NCBI GenBank assembly: GCA_938034555.1
Contig: CALHLT010000019.1
Coordinates: 1 to 59,319, forward strand
Reading direction: 5' to 3'
DNA length: 59,319 nucleotides
From: an uncultured Bacillota bacterium
Lineage (GTDB): Bacteria; Bacillota; Clostridia; Christensenellales; UBA1242
Of the stretch, positions 9,360 to 19,568 are shown piece after piece; position 1 is the first letter of the stretch; each line of letters begins with the position of its first letter. The position numbers were made by a program, and so were the translations under genes. The notes beneath the pieces were generated by a model that worked only from the letters and a program-made list of their open reading frames with translations, was not told the origin of the DNA and made no database searches.

Positions 9360-10667
9360 TCAAATTCCAAATCCTTTTTTATTTTTAAGTTGTTTCATCA
9401 TTTCTTTGCTTTGTTCAAGTTGTTTCAAAAGTTGGTTAACATCTTGAATTCCTGTTCCGCTTCCCGCCGCAATTCTCTTTCTTTGACTAGCCTTAATAAC
9501 TTCTGGATTGCGTCTTTCATAAGGCGTCATCGATTGAATTATCGCTTTTTGTTTAAGAAGTTGCTTTTCGTCGATGTTAACTCCTTTAAGCTTCGACCCA
9601 AGCCCCGGAATCATTCCTAAAAGGTCTTTAAGATTGCCCATTTTTTTAAGGTTTTCCATTTGAACCAAATAGTCTTCAAAATCGAATTTGTTTTGACGGA
9701 ACTTCTTTTCAAGTTCTTTTGCTTGCTCTTCGGAAATTGCGGTTTCTGCCCTTTCAATAAGAGTTAAAACATCGCCCATTCCAAGAATTCTTCCCGCAAT
9801 TCGGTCTGGATGGAAAGGTTCCAAATCGCCAATTTTCTCGCCAACACCCGAAAACTTAATTGGTTTCCCGGTTATTGCCTTAATTGAAAGCGCCGCCCCG
9901 CCGCGGGTATCCCCGTCCAACTTTGTTAAAATAACACCGGTTATGTCAAGCCTGTTGTTAAACTCTTCCGCCGTTGTAACAGCATCTTGCCCAATCATTG
10001 CGTCAACTGTTAACAAAATTTCGGTTGGCGAAACTTCTTTCTTAATTTCTTCAAGTTCTTTCATAAGGGCATCATCAATATGCAAACGCCCCGCCGTGTC
10101 GATTATAACAACATCATAACCTTGTTTTTTTGCAAACTCAACACCCTCTTTTGCGGTTTTAACTGGATTTTGAGTTCCCTTTTCAAAAACTTGAGCGCCC
10201 GCTTGCTTCCCAACAACTTGAAGTTGACTTATTGCCGCAGGACGATATATGTCGCAAGCAACAAGAAGAGGCTTTTTCCCGCTTTTTTTAAGATATGCTG
10301 CAAGTTTTGCGCACATCGTTGTTTTTCCCGCGCCTTGAAGCCCGCACATCATAATAACAGTTGGAGGTTTGGGGCTTATTTCAAGTTTTTGGTTCGTGCT
10401 TCCCATAAGGTTAATAAGTTCGTCACGAACAATTTTGATTACTTGTTGCGCAGGAGTTAAACTTTTCAAAACTTCATCTCCAAGCGCTTTTTCCGAAACA
10501 TCAGCAACAAATTTTTTAACAACAAGATAGTTAACATCGGCTTCCAAAAGCGCCATTTTAACATCTCTCATCGCATCTTTAACTTCAAGCGACGTCAATT
10601 TCCCACGGTTCAAAATCTTGCTGAACGCGTGGTTAAGTTTTTCGCTTAAACTCTCAAATATCGCCAT
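9360..10667 (-). CDS. ffh: Signal recognition particle protein Ffh
   Basis: GLQGAGKTT, DTAGR and TKLDGD GTPase motifs plus a Met-rich M domain. Confidence 0.96.
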   Translation of the reverse strand: MAIFESLSEKLNHAFSKILNRGKLTSLEVKDAMRDVKMALLEADVNYLVVKKFVADVSEKALGDEVLKSLTPAQQVIKIVRDELINLMGSTNQKLEISPKPPTVIMMCGLQGAGKTTMCAKLAAYLKKSGKKPLLVACDIYRPAAISQLQVVGKQAGAQVFEKGTQNPVKTAKEGVEFAKKQGYDVVIIDTAGRLHIDDALMKELEEIKKEVSPTEILLTVDAMIGQDAVTTAEEFNNRLDITGVILTKLDGDTRGGAALSIKAITGKPIKFSGVGEKIGDLEPFHPDRIAGRILGMGDVLTLIERAETAISEEQAKELEKKFRQNKFDFEDYLVQMENLKKMGNLKDLLGMIPGLGSKLKGVNIDEKQLLKQKAIIQSMTPYERRNPEVIKASQRKRIAAGSGTGIQDVNQLLKQLEQSKEMMKQLKNKKGFGI

Positions 10668-10920
10668 TGATCATTCCTTTTAATCTTGAAATTTCTTTGT
10701 ATGCCCCAACTTTTTCCTCAAATTGCGAAAGTTTTGCCTGCGCCTTAACAACCGCGTCATAAACTGCTTGCCTTGAAATTTTGTTGTTTTGCGCAATTTC
10801 ACTAAGTGTTAAATCATTCTCATAATAATCTTGCATAATTCGCTTTTGAACAACGCTAAGGAGATTTCCATATAGTTCAAGCAAATTTCCAAAATACACT
10901 GTTTTTTCAATTTCAACCAT
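10654..10920 (-). CDS. ylxM: YlxM/UPF0122 putative DNA-binding protein
   Basis: 88-aa HTH protein overlapping the ffh start, in the conserved ylxM-ffh arrangement. Confidence 0.85.
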   Translation of the reverse strand: MVEIEKTVYFGNLLELYGNLLSVVQKRIMQDYYENDLTLSEIAQNNKISRQAVYDAVVKAQAKLSQFEEKVGAYKEISRLKGMINGDI

Positions 10921-10944
10921 AATGTAAAGTCCTTTTGCTTTACA

Positions 10945-10973
10945 ATAGTATCATAAAAAAAACACTTTTGCAA
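10945..10973 (-). promoter_or_regulatory. Putative sigmaA promoter of the ylxM-ffh-rpsP operon
   Basis: On the minus strand, TTGCAA, 17-nt spacer, TGaTACTAT (extended -10). It overlaps a weak proS terminator hairpin. Confidence 0.45.
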
Positions 10974-11003
10974 GCGTTTTTTATATATTTATCAAATTTT
11001 TTA

Positions 11004-12434
11004 TCAATAACTTCTGGCAAAAAGAACTGTTCTTGTTGCTTCTTTGCCGCAAAGCGCGCATTTATGGCCTTTTTCAAGGTTTTCGTTTTCAATCATTCTT
11101 GATGTTGCGCCAGTTTCCGCCTTAACTTTTAAACAGCAATCTTCATGGTCGCAAATGTTAACGCGCGCAAATTTTTTGCCGTCAACAACTTTCAAAATTT
11201 CTTCCAAACTTTCCGCATTTTCAATTCGCTGGTTGCGGTAGTTAAGCGCTTTTTCAAACATTGCGACGTGGATTTCGTCAAGAAGTTTAACAATTTCTTT
11301 TGCCGCGTCGCCAACTTTGCATGTAACTTTTTCAAGAGTGTCGCGACGAACAAGGGTAACAACCCCGTTTTCAAGGTCGCGTGGGCCAATTTCAACGCGA
11401 ACAGGAACACCTTTCATTTCCCATTGATTGAATTTCCAGCCTGGCGAGTTTTCGGTTTTGTCGGTTTCAACTCTAATGCCAAGTTTCAAGAGTTCTTCTT
11501 CAAGGTTTTGAGCGGTTTTTGCAACATTTTCGTTATTTTGACCAATTGGAATTATGATTGTTTGAATTGGAGCAACGCGTGGTGGCAAAACAAGTCCGCG
11601 GTTATCTCCATGAACCATAATAATTGCACCAATTAAGCGGGTTGAAACGCCCCAAGAGGTTGAATAGCCATATTCAAGTTCCCCGTTTTTATTAAGGAAT
11701 TTTATGTTAAATGCCTTTGCAAATTTTTGCCCTAAATCGTGGGTTGTTCCGCTTTGCAAGCTCTTTCCGTCGTGCATCATTGCTTCGATTGTATAAGTGT
11801 TTTCCGCGCCTGGGAACTTTTCACTTTCGGTTTTCTTTCCGGTGAAAAAAGGAATTGCAAGGCAATCTTTTCCAAGTTTTTCATAAACACCAAGCATTGT
11901 TAGCGCATCTTTTTCTGCGCCTTCGTGATTTGGATAAACAGTGTGACCTTCTTGCCACAAAAATTCGCTTGTTCTAAGGAACGGACGTGTTGTTTTTTCC
12001 CAGCGACAAACATTGCACCATTGGTTCATTTTAACAGGCAAATCGCGATAACTTTTAATCCATTTCGCATACATTTCGCAAATTATTGTTTCGCTTGTTG
12101 GACGAATTATAAGGTTCTCCTCAAGTTTTTTCCCGCCTGCATATGTCACAACAGCAACTTCAGGCGCAAACCCTTCAACGTGTTCTGCCTCGCGCTTTAA
12201 ATAACTTTCTGGAATAAACATTGGGAAATATGCGTTTTTAACGCCTTGCTTCTTAAACTCAGCGTCCAAATATTTTTGAATATTCTCCCAAATTGCATAG
12301 CCATAAGGACGAATTACCATTGTTCCCTTAACAGGACCATAATCAACAAGTTCGGTTTGAGTTACAACGTCTGTAAACCATTGTGGGAAATCCAAATCCA
12401 TATCAGTTATTTTTTCAACAAAATTTTTAGCCAT
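11004..12434 (-). CDS. proS: Prolyl-tRNA synthetase (short archaeal/eukaryote-like type, about 476 aa)
   Basis: Class II motifs, a C-terminal Zn-binding Cys cluster (CALCGKEA) and typical ProRS sequence throughout. Confidence 0.93.
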   Translation of the reverse strand: MAKNFVEKITDMDLDFPQWFTDVVTQTELVDYGPVKGTMVIRPYGYAIWENIQKYLDAEFKKQGVKNAYFPMFIPESYLKREAEHVEGFAPEVAVVTYAGGKKLEENLIIRPTSETIICEMYAKWIKSYRDLPVKMNQWCNVCRWEKTTRPFLRTSEFLWQEGHTVYPNHEGAEKDALTMLGVYEKLGKDCLAIPFFTGKKTESEKFPGAENTYTIEAMMHDGKSLQSGTTHDLGQKFAKAFNIKFLNKNGELEYGYSTSWGVSTRLIGAIIMVHGDNRGLVLPPRVAPIQTIIIPIGQNNENVAKTAQNLEEELLKLGIRVETDKTENSPGWKFNQWEMKGVPVRVEIGPRDLENGVVTLVRRDTLEKVTCKVGDAAKEIVKLLDEIHVAMFEKALNYRNQRIENAESLEEILKVVDGKKFARVNICDHEDCCLKVKAETGATSRMIENENLEKGHKCALCGKEATRTVLFARSY

Positions 12435-12498
12435 AATTTCTCCTGTTTCTAAGTTCTTGTGGTGTTATGTATGCATACCACCACAATATATTGTAGTA

Positions 12499-12717
12499 TT
12501 ATTCAAATTTTTCTTCAATAAATTGGTCAAGCTCTTTTTTAATTATTGTAATTTTCCCTTTTGTTTCGTCAAGAGAAGAAAGACAAAATTTAACAAGTTC
12601 GCTCCCCTTTTCATAAAGTTTTTGTGCTTCGGAAAAAGGCAAGTTTTCGTCTTCAAGTTTTAAAGCAATTTCTTGAAGTTGTTTTTCTGCCGATTCAAAA
12701 GTTAATTCATTTTCCAT
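12499..12717 (-). CDS. xseB: Exodeoxyribonuclease VII small subunit
   Basis: MENELTFESAEKQLQEIALKLE... The start is moved to ATG 12717, giving an 11-nt overlap with the xseA end. Confidence 0.88.
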   Translation of the reverse strand: MENELTFESAEKQLQEIALKLEDENLPFSEAQKLYEKGSELVKFCLSSLDETKGKITIIKKELDQFIEEKFE

Positions 12718-13834
12718 TTCTTTCCTCCACATTTTTAACTTCAACATCAAGTTTACCATCTTTCAAGTATATTTCCAAATCATCTTGAACACAAACCTTT
12801 GAAATTGAGTTAATATTTTCGCCGTTCTTTTCAATTTTTGCATACCCTCTTTCCAAAATTCTGTTTGGATTAAGTTTTTCAAGCGCTTGCGCGCTCATTC
12901 CAACTCCATATTCATGCAAATTTATTAAATTTCGAACGCCATTATCTAAATCTTTTTTATAAGCCAAAACATCCCTTTGCGCATTTTCACATTTCTTATT
13001 TAACAAGTTTGAAATCGCCATGTAAATTGAACTTATTTCCGAAATCTTTTCCCTTTGCGACAAAACAACAAGTTCAGCGGCTGCGGAAGGCGTTGGTGCG
13101 CGCAAATCCGAAACAAAATCAATAATTGTGAAATCGGTTTCATGCCCAACAGCCGAAACAATTGGCTTTTCACAGTCGTAAACAACCCGCGCAAGCGTTT
13201 CATTATTAAACGGCATCAAATCTTCGAATGACCCACCGCCTCTTGCAACAATAATAACGTCAACATCGCTTTGAGTGTCGAAATACTTAATTCCGTCGAT
13301 AACATCTTTTTCCGCGCCTTCGCCTTGAACTCGGGAAGGAAAAACAACAATGTTAACCGATTTATTTCTTCGAGTTGAAACATTGATAATATCGCGAATA
13401 ACCGCGCCTTTTTCTGATGTCACAACGCCAATTTTCTTAACATTTTCGGGAATTTGGATTTTATGGCTTTGAAGAAAAAGACCTTCTCTTTCCAATCTAT
13501 CCTTTGTTTCCAAAAATCTCTTATATAATTCTCCAACTCCGTAGGGTTCAACTTTTACAACATTAAAATTAAGTTTTCCGCCTTTAACATAGTATCTTGG
13601 TGTTCCGGTTGCAACAATAAGGTCGCCATTTTTAAGTTTGGATTCATCAGCGCCAAAAAAAACGCACGAAAGAAGTGCATCTTCGTCTTTAAGCGAAAAA
13701 TAGGCATTTCCGCGCAAAACAGAAAGACCCGAAATTTCCCCATAAACACTTATGTTATGCAAAAGCTCTTCCGCGTCGAAAATCCCTTTAATATAGCCGC
13801 TAAGTTGCGAAACCGAAATTGCTTTTTGTTCCAT
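12707..13834 (-). CDS. xseA: Exodeoxyribonuclease VII large subunit
   Basis: OB-fold N-terminus, conserved IIVARGGGSFEDL and VGHETDFT motifs. Confidence 0.93.
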   Translation of the reverse strand: MEQKAISVSQLSGYIKGIFDAEELLHNISVYGEISGLSVLRGNAYFSLKDEDALLSCVFFGADESKLKNGDLIVATGTPRYYVKGGKLNFNVVKVEPYGVGELYKRFLETKDRLEREGLFLQSHKIQIPENVKKIGVVTSEKGAVIRDIINVSTRRNKSVNIVVFPSRVQGEGAEKDVIDGIKYFDTQSDVDVIIVARGGGSFEDLMPFNNETLARVVYDCEKPIVSAVGHETDFTIIDFVSDLRAPTPSAAAELVVLSQREKISEISSIYMAISNLLNKKCENAQRDVLAYKKDLDNGVRNLINLHEYGVGMSAQALEKLNPNRILERGYAKIEKNGENINSISKVCVQDDLEIYLKDGKLDVEVKNVEERNGK

Positions 13835-13842
13835 TTTATGTC

Positions 13843-14277
13843 CTATTCAACTGGATATTCTTTTAAGATTGACCCTAAAATTCCGTTAATAAATTTTGCG
13901 CTTTTTTCGGTTGAATATTTCTTTGCAATTTCAAGAATTTCGTTAACAACAACCGCCGGCGCTGTTTTATAATGATAAATTTCGGTTACGGCAAGGTCTA
14001 AAAGAGCCATGTCAACTTTATAAATTCGGTCTGTTTCATAGCCGAAAATGTTATTTTTAATCATTGTTTCAATTTGCTCTCTGTTTGCTTCAAAAAGGCA
14101 AATTATTTGTTTAACATAAACCTCATCTTCAATGTCAATCGCGTTTTCGCCAAAAACATCTTTTTCTGTTTCAAATTCTTTCGAGAAGAAATCAAAAGAA
14201 AGTTCAACATCTCTTTCTTTGTTGAATAAACTTTCATATATAAGCATAAATGCAACTTCTCTTGCAGATTTTCTCAT
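13843..14277 (-). CDS. nusB: Transcription antitermination factor NusB
   Basis: MRKSAREVAFMLIY N-terminus, 144 aa, in asp23-nusB-xseAB synteny. Confidence 0.9.
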   Translation of the reverse strand: MRKSAREVAFMLIYESLFNKERDVELSFDFFSKEFETEKDVFGENAIDIEDEVYVKQIICLFEANREQIETMIKNNIFGYETDRIYKVDMALLDLAVTEIYHYKTAPAVVVNEILEIAKKYSTEKSAKFINGILGSILKEYPVE

Positions 14278-14303
14278 CTGTTTCCCCCTATTTTTAAAAC
14301 AAA

Positions 14304-14684
14304 CTAAGCCGAAACTGGCTCATCATTTTCAAAATCAACACCCATAACATGAACATTAACACGAGTTGCTCGCATATCAATCATTGCTGAAATTCCGTTT
14401 TTAATGTTTTCTTGAATTTTATATGCAATGTCTGGAACACTGTAGCCATAGAACAAGCGAACATAAACATCAACACTTAGCGAGCCGTTTGCGTTAAAGC
14501 GAACGCGGACGCTTGGGTTTTTGTTTTTTGAAAACATACTTGAAATTTTAGATTTAAATGACGAGGCAAGGCCGCTAACTCCGCAAATTTCACGAGTTGC
14601 AAGGTCTATTATCGAAAGCAAGATGCTTCGATTGCAAGTTATTTTTCCCTTATATTTTTGGATAACATTTTTATTTTCGCTCAT
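14304..14684 (-). CDS. Asp23/Gls24-family (alkaline shock) protein
   Basis: The start is moved to ATG 14684 (SD AAAGGAAAC). IAYKIQENIKNGISAMIDMRATRVNVHVMGV is typical of Asp23. Confidence 0.8.
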   Translation of the reverse strand: MSENKNVIQKYKGKITCNRSILLSIIDLATREICGVSGLASSFKSKISSMFSKNKNPSVRVRFNANGSLSVDVYVRLFYGYSVPDIAYKIQENIKNGISAMIDMRATRVNVHVMGVDFENDEPVSA

Positions 14685-14793
14685 ATTGTTTCCTTTATTT
14701 ATAGATATATAATAACTCAAAATGAGATAATTAGCAAGCAAAATTATTAACTTATTTCTTTTGAAACATACTCTATGTTTATGCCAAGTGGCA

Positions 14794-14826
14794 TAAAAAA
14801 ACAACCCCATTTTTCGAGGTTGTTTT
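14794..14826 (-). terminator. Rho-independent terminator of ppdK
   Basis: On the minus strand, AACAACC tcgaaaaatgg GGTTGTT followed by TTTTTTT. Confidence 0.7.
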
Positions 14827-14837
14827 TGTTTTTTCGA

Positions 14838-17471
14838 CTATTTTCGTGGGAATTGAATGTTTGCTTGTGCTGCTGCAAGACGTGCAATTGGAACACGATA
14901 TGGGCTGCACGAAACATAGTTAAGACCAACTTTGTGGCAGAATTCAATGCTGCTTGGGTCTCCGCCGTGTTCGCCGCAAATTCCAAGTTTGATGTCTGGA
15001 CGAACGCTTCTTCCAAGGTCTGCTGCCATTTTAACAAGTTTTCCAACTCCGTTTTGGTCGAGTTTTGCAAATGGATCGCTTTCGAAAATCTTTCTTTCAT
15101 AGTAGTAGTCTAAGAATTTTCCTGCGTCATCACGGCTAAATCCGTATGTCATTTGCGTTAAGTCGTTTGTTCCAAACGAGAAGAATTCTGCTGTTTTTGC
15201 AACTTCATCGGCTGTTAATGCAGCGCGTGGAATTTCAATCATAGTTCCAATTTTGTATGTCATCTTAACGCCTTTTGCTGCGATAATTTCGTCTGCAACG
15301 CGTGCAACAATGTCGCGAACAAAATTAAATTCTTTGCTGTCGCAGGTTAAAGGAATCATAATTTCTGGAACGATGTCATATCCGTCTTCTTGTTTAACTT
15401 GAATTGCTGCTTCCATAACAGCAGTTGTTTGCATTTCTGCAATTTCTGGGTATGTTATTGCAAGACGAAGTCCTCTGTGTCCCATCATTGGGTTAACTTC
15501 TTTAAGCCCTTCAACAGTTGCTTTAAGTTCTTCAAATGTCAAGCCCATTTCTTTTGCAAGCGCTTCAATTTCGAAGTCTTCATGAGGCAAGAATTCGTGA
15601 AGAGGTGGATCCAAGAAACGAATTGTAACTGGTTTTCCCTTCATTGCTTTGTAAAGACCAATAAAGTCTTTTCTTTGCATTGGAAGAAGTTTTGCAAGAG
15701 CGCGTTTTCTTTCTTCAACAGTTTTTGAAACAATCATTTCGCGAACTGCTGGAATTCTGTCGGCATCAAAGAACATATGTTCTGTTCTGCAAAGACCAAT
15801 TCCTTCTGCTCCAAAGTTAAATGCTGTTTGAGCATCTGCTGGAGTGTCGGCATTTGTTCTAACTTGAAGAGCGCGGTTTGCATCTGCCCAAGCCATAATT
15901 GTTCCAAAATCGCCTGAAATTGATGCTGGAACGGTTTTAACTGCTTCGCCATAAATGTAACCTGTTGAGCCGTCGATTGCAATTGAATCGCCTTCAACAA
16001 ATGTTTTTCCGCCAAGCGTGAATTTTTTATTTTCTTCGTCAACAAGAAGTTCTTGGCAACCTGCAACGCATGCAGTTCCCATTCCTCTTGCAACAACAGC
16101 TGCGTGGGAAGTTCTTCCGCCGCGAGCGGTTAAAATTCCTTCACTTGCTGCCATTCCTTCAATATCTTCTGGAGATGTTTCCAAACGAACAAGAACAATT
16201 TTCTTTCCTTGGCTGTGGAGTTCAATTGCTCTTTCGGCTGTGAACGCAACAATTCCGCTTGCAGCCCCTGGAGATGCTGGAAGAGCTTTTCCAATTGGTT
16301 GTGCTGCTTTAAGAGCGGCTGCGTCAAATTGTGGGTGCAAAAGTGCATCAAGTTGTTTTGGTTCAAGTTTCATTAACGCTTCTTGCTCTGTTAACATTCC
16401 TTCATTAACGAGGTCAACGGCAATTTTAAGAGCGGCTTTTGCTGTTCTTTTTCCGTTTCTTGTTTGAAGCATATAGAGTTTCCCATTTTCAATTGTGAAC
16501 TCCATATCTTGCATATCGCGATAGTGTTTTTCAAGTTTATCGGCAATTGCAACAAATTGTTCATAAAGCGCTTTATTTTGTTCTTCAAGGTGTGAAATTG
16601 GTTGTGGTGTTCTAATTCCTGCAACAACGTCTTCGCCTTGCGCATTCATTAAATATTCGCCATACAATTTCTTTTCACCGGTTGCTGGGTCACGAGTGAA
16701 CGCAACACCTGTTCCGCTTTGTTCGCCCATGTTTCCAAAAACCATGGATTGAATGTTAACCGCTGTTCCCCATGAAGAAGGAATGTCGTTAACTCTTCTA
16801 TAATAAATTGCACGTGGGTTATCCCATGAACGGAAAACCGCTTTAACCGCTTCCAAAAGTTGAAGTTTTGGATCTTCTGGGAAATCATAACCCATTTCAG
16901 TTTTGAAAAGGTTTTTGAAGCGTTTAACCATTTCTTTAAGGTCGTTTGCATCAAGTTCAGTGTCAAGTTTAACACCTTTTTCTTCTTTCATTTGGTCGAT
17001 GATTTTTTCGAAATTAGATTTTTCAAGACCAAGAGCAACATCCGAGAACATTTGAATAAATCTTCTGTAGCTGTCGTATGCAAAACGAGGGTTGCCTGTT
17101 AAAGAAGCAAGACCTTCAACAACTTCGCTGTTAAGACCAAGGTTCAAGATTGTGTCCATCATTCCAGGCATCGACGCTCTTGCCCCGCTTCTAACAGAAA
17201 CAAGAAGAGGGTTTGTTTTGTCGCCAAACTTTTTGCCTGTTATTTTTTCCATTTTTGCAAGACCTTCCATAATCTCTTGGATTATGTCGTCTGCCAACAT
17301 TTTTCCGTCTTCATAGTATCTAGCACATGCTTCTGTTGAAACAGTGAAGCCTTGTGGAACAGGAAGACCGATGTTTGTCATTTCTGCAAGGTTTGCACCT
17401 TTACCTCCAAGGAGGTTTCTCATGTCCGCATTCCCTTCCGAGAAGAGGTAGACATATTTGTTTTTTGCCAT
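14838..17471 (-). CDS. ppdK: Pyruvate, phosphate dikinase
   Basis: MAKNKYVYLFSEGNADMRNLLGGKGANLAEM, catalytic GGRTSHAAVVARG, C-terminal GICGEHGGDP. The start is moved to ATG 17471 (SD AGGAGAAAA). Confidence 0.96.
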   Translation of the reverse strand: MAKNKYVYLFSEGNADMRNLLGGKGANLAEMTNIGLPVPQGFTVSTEACARYYEDGKMLADDIIQEIMEGLAKMEKITGKKFGDKTNPLLVSVRSGARASMPGMMDTILNLGLNSEVVEGLASLTGNPRFAYDSYRRFIQMFSDVALGLEKSNFEKIIDQMKEEKGVKLDTELDANDLKEMVKRFKNLFKTEMGYDFPEDPKLQLLEAVKAVFRSWDNPRAIYYRRVNDIPSSWGTAVNIQSMVFGNMGEQSGTGVAFTRDPATGEKKLYGEYLMNAQGEDVVAGIRTPQPISHLEEQNKALYEQFVAIADKLEKHYRDMQDMEFTIENGKLYMLQTRNGKRTAKAALKIAVDLVNEGMLTEQEALMKLEPKQLDALLHPQFDAAALKAAQPIGKALPASPGAASGIVAFTAERAIELHSQGKKIVLVRLETSPEDIEGMAASEGILTARGGRTSHAAVVARGMGTACVAGCQELLVDEENKKFTLGGKTFVEGDSIAIDGSTGYIYGEAVKTVPASISGDFGTIMAWADANRALQVRTNADTPADAQTAFNFGAEGIGLCRTEHMFFDADRIPAVREMIVSKTVEERKRALAKLLPMQRKDFIGLYKAMKGKPVTIRFLDPPLHEFLPHEDFEIEALAKEMGLTFEELKATVEGLKEVNPMMGHRGLRLAITYPEIAEMQTTAVMEAAIQVKQEDGYDIVPEIMIPLTCDSKEFNFVRDIVARVADEIIAAKGVKMTYKIGTMIEIPRAALTADEVAKTAEFFSFGTNDLTQMTYGFSRDDAGKFLDYYYERKIFESDPFAKLDQNGVGKLVKMAADLGRSVRPDIKLGICGEHGGDPSSIEFCHKVGLNYVSCSPYRVPIARLAAAQANIQFPRK

Positions 17472-17527
17472 TCGTTTTCTCCTAAATTTAATTTTTTTGG
17501 AAGGCATTGTTTTGCCAACCGAAACCT

Positions 17528-17555
17528 ATTTTACAACATAGCAAAAAATTTACAA
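17528..17555 (-). promoter_or_regulatory. Putative sigmaA promoter of ppdK
   Basis: On the minus strand, TTGTAA, 16-nt spacer, TAAAAT. Confidence 0.35.
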
Positions 17556-17605
17556 AATATTTTAAGCAAAAAATTTTTTACGCCATGTTTTTTATACTTT
17601 TTGAA

Positions 17606-17637
17606 CAAAAAAAGACTTTCAACCTTGAATTGAAAGC
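17606..17637 (-). terminator. Rho-independent terminator after the small membrane protein gene
   Basis: On the minus strand, CTTTCAA ttcaagg TTGAAAG followed by TCTTTTTTT. Confidence 0.6.
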
Positions 17638-17662
17638 CTTTTAAATTAAGTTTTCGTTAAAT

Positions 17663-18100
17663 TTAAACTGTTTTTTTCTTAAAGTTAACAGCAATAACCC
17701 CGCAAATTCCGCCAATAATTCCGCCAAAAAGAAGGTCGTTAACAAGGGTTTTCGAAAATTCGAAATGTCCGTCTAAAATTGAGAACACAACAAACGCCAA
17801 AACCGTGTAAGCAAGCCCAATTAAAAGCCCGTTAATAAGCCCCATTTGGCTTGACTTTTTAAGAGCAATAAATGTTCCAACAAGTAAACTTATTCCTTTA
17901 ATAACTTGGTTGATTGGCTTGATAGCATTTTCTGGAACTGCAACATATTTAATGAAAAAAGCAAAAATCAAAATTAAAACAAGAGAAAGCGCAAGCGAAA
18001 TTAAGCTTCCTTTCAGAATGTTAAGCCAAAGTTTTGGACTTTCGCCTTTTTCCGCAACAACTTCCTTGTTTTTCTTAAATTTAATCTTTTTAAACTTCAT
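17663..18100 (-). CDS. Small integral membrane protein (TIGR04086-like, 4 TM)
   Basis: 145 aa with a basic N-terminus followed by four hydrophobic helices. The family call is from memory. Confidence 0.55.
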   Translation of the reverse strand: MKFKKIKFKKNKEVVAEKGESPKLWLNILKGSLISLALSLVLILIFAFFIKYVAVPENAIKPINQVIKGISLLVGTFIALKKSSQMGLINGLLIGLAYTVLAFVVFSILDGHFEFSKTLVNDLLFGGIIGGICGVIAVNFKKKTV

Positions 18101-18142
18101 AAATCCTCCGTTATTCAGAGGTATTTATATTAAAAAAACTGT

Positions 18143-19243
18143 CTAGTTAGAACAGTTTTCATTTTCAATCATTTCTTTAAGAAGTTTAAGAGAAAAGTCA
18201 AGGTCGTTTGAAAGCGCAATTTGACGTTTAATTTCCGCCTGCCCCTTAACTCCGTTTGAATACCAAAGCATATGTTTCCGCATATATTTAACCAAAAACG
18301 GCTCGGAAAAATATTTTCTTAAAATTTGAATATGCTTTTTCGCGCAAATATACTTAACATATTTCTCATTTTTCGAAAGGTTTTCAATGTCTTCGCTTGT
18401 TAAAACATCTTTGAAAAAATCTCCTCTTTGAACAAAAACATCAAGCGGCTCTTTCTCTTTTCCGTCTTTAATTTCATTAAGTGTTTTAAAAATTGCTGGG
18501 TTCCCAAAACTTGCTCTGCCAACCATAACACCATCAACGCCTGTTTCAAGCATCTTTCGAAGAGTTTCCTCGTTTTCAACATCTCCGCTTCCAATAACAG
18601 GAATTGAAACAGACTTTTTAATTTCACAAAGGAGCGCATAGTCAACTTTTCCGCTATACCCTTGGCTTGCAAGGCGCGTGTGGACAGTTATTGCATCTGC
18701 TCCCGCTTGTTCGCACATCTTTGCAAACTCAATTGCATTGTCAGTTTTAAACCCCTTTCGGAATTTAACCGTCAAAGGTTTTTCGGTTGCTTTTCGACAA
18801 TTCACAATAACTTCCCTTGCCAAATCGATATTGTCCATAAGCGCGCTTCCCTCGCCATTTCGAATTATTTTTGGCGCTGGACAGCCCATGTTAATGTCGA
18901 TTATGTTAAACTTTTCAAGAAGTTTTAATTTGCAAGCGCGCGCCATAAATTTTGGGTCTGCCCCAAAAATTTGAACCGCTTTAACTTTTTCAACATCTTC
19001 CGAAAGCAAGAGCCACGCCGATTTATTCGAAGCAATTTCTGGCTCATTTTTTGCAAAATCTGGATTTAATGGCGATTTAAGAGCCTTCCCCTCGCCGTAA
19101 ATAAGCCCTTTTGCGCTAACCATTTCTGTGTAGGCAATTTCTGCGCCAAAAAAAGATGCAAGCGCGCGAAAACCAACATCGCTAACGCCTGCCATTGGAG
19201 CAAGAAAAATGTTATTTTTAAGCTCAATATTGCCAATTTTCAT
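18143..19243 (-). CDS. dusB: tRNA-dihydrouridine synthase
   Basis: NIFLAPMAGVSDVGFR, DINMGCP and catalytic-Cys region. The start is moved to ATG 19243 so it does not run into hup. Confidence 0.88.
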   Translation of the reverse strand: MKIGNIELKNNIFLAPMAGVSDVGFRALASFFGAEIAYTEMVSAKGLIYGEGKALKSPLNPDFAKNEPEIASNKSAWLLLSEDVEKVKAVQIFGADPKFMARACKLKLLEKFNIIDINMGCPAPKIIRNGEGSALMDNIDLAREVIVNCRKATEKPLTVKFRKGFKTDNAIEFAKMCEQAGADAITVHTRLASQGYSGKVDYALLCEIKKSVSIPVIGSGDVENEETLRKMLETGVDGVMVGRASFGNPAIFKTLNEIKDGKEKEPLDVFVQRGDFFKDVLTSEDIENLSKNEKYVKYICAKKHIQILRKYFSEPFLVKYMRKHMLWYSNGVKGQAEIKRQIALSNDLDFSLKLLKEMIENENCSN

Positions 19244-19289
19244 AACTAAAAGTTTAATAAAAGACGCAAAAAAAGTCAAATATAATAAC

Positions 19290-19565
19290 TCAATATTTAA
19301 GTTTTTCGTTAAGTTCTTTCGAACTTTTGAAAGAAGCAACAATGTTTTGTTTAATTGTTATCTTTTCCATTGTTTGAGGGTTAATTCCCGTTCTTTCTTG
19401 CCTGATTTTTGGCTCAAATTTCCCAAAACCACAAATTTTAACTTCCTCGCCGCGTTTTAAAACCTCGCCAATAAGTTCGGTTATTGCGTCCAAACAAGAA
19501 AGGCAATCTTTTTTTGAAAGTTGCGCTTTTCTTGAAACAAATTCAATCATTTCGTTTTTATTCAT
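19290..19565 (-). CDS. hup: DNA-binding protein HU
   Basis: MNKNEMIEFVS..., FGKFEPKIRQERTGINPQT arm motif, 91 aa. Confidence 0.93.
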   Translation of the reverse strand: MNKNEMIEFVSRKAQLSKKDCLSCLDAITELIGEVLKRGEEVKICGFGKFEPKIRQERTGINPQTMEKITIKQNIVASFKSSKELNEKLKY

Positions 19566-19568
19566 AAA

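Noticed and set aside
12435-12498. A T-box or other leader upstream of proS; the same question applies to lysS at 58794..58842.
   Set aside because: The intergenic spaces are only 64 nt and about 20 nt of leader, and no T-box consensus (AATTAGGGTGGTACCGCG-like) is present. The proS spacer holds only a small imperfect hairpin (TGTGGTG...CACCACA).
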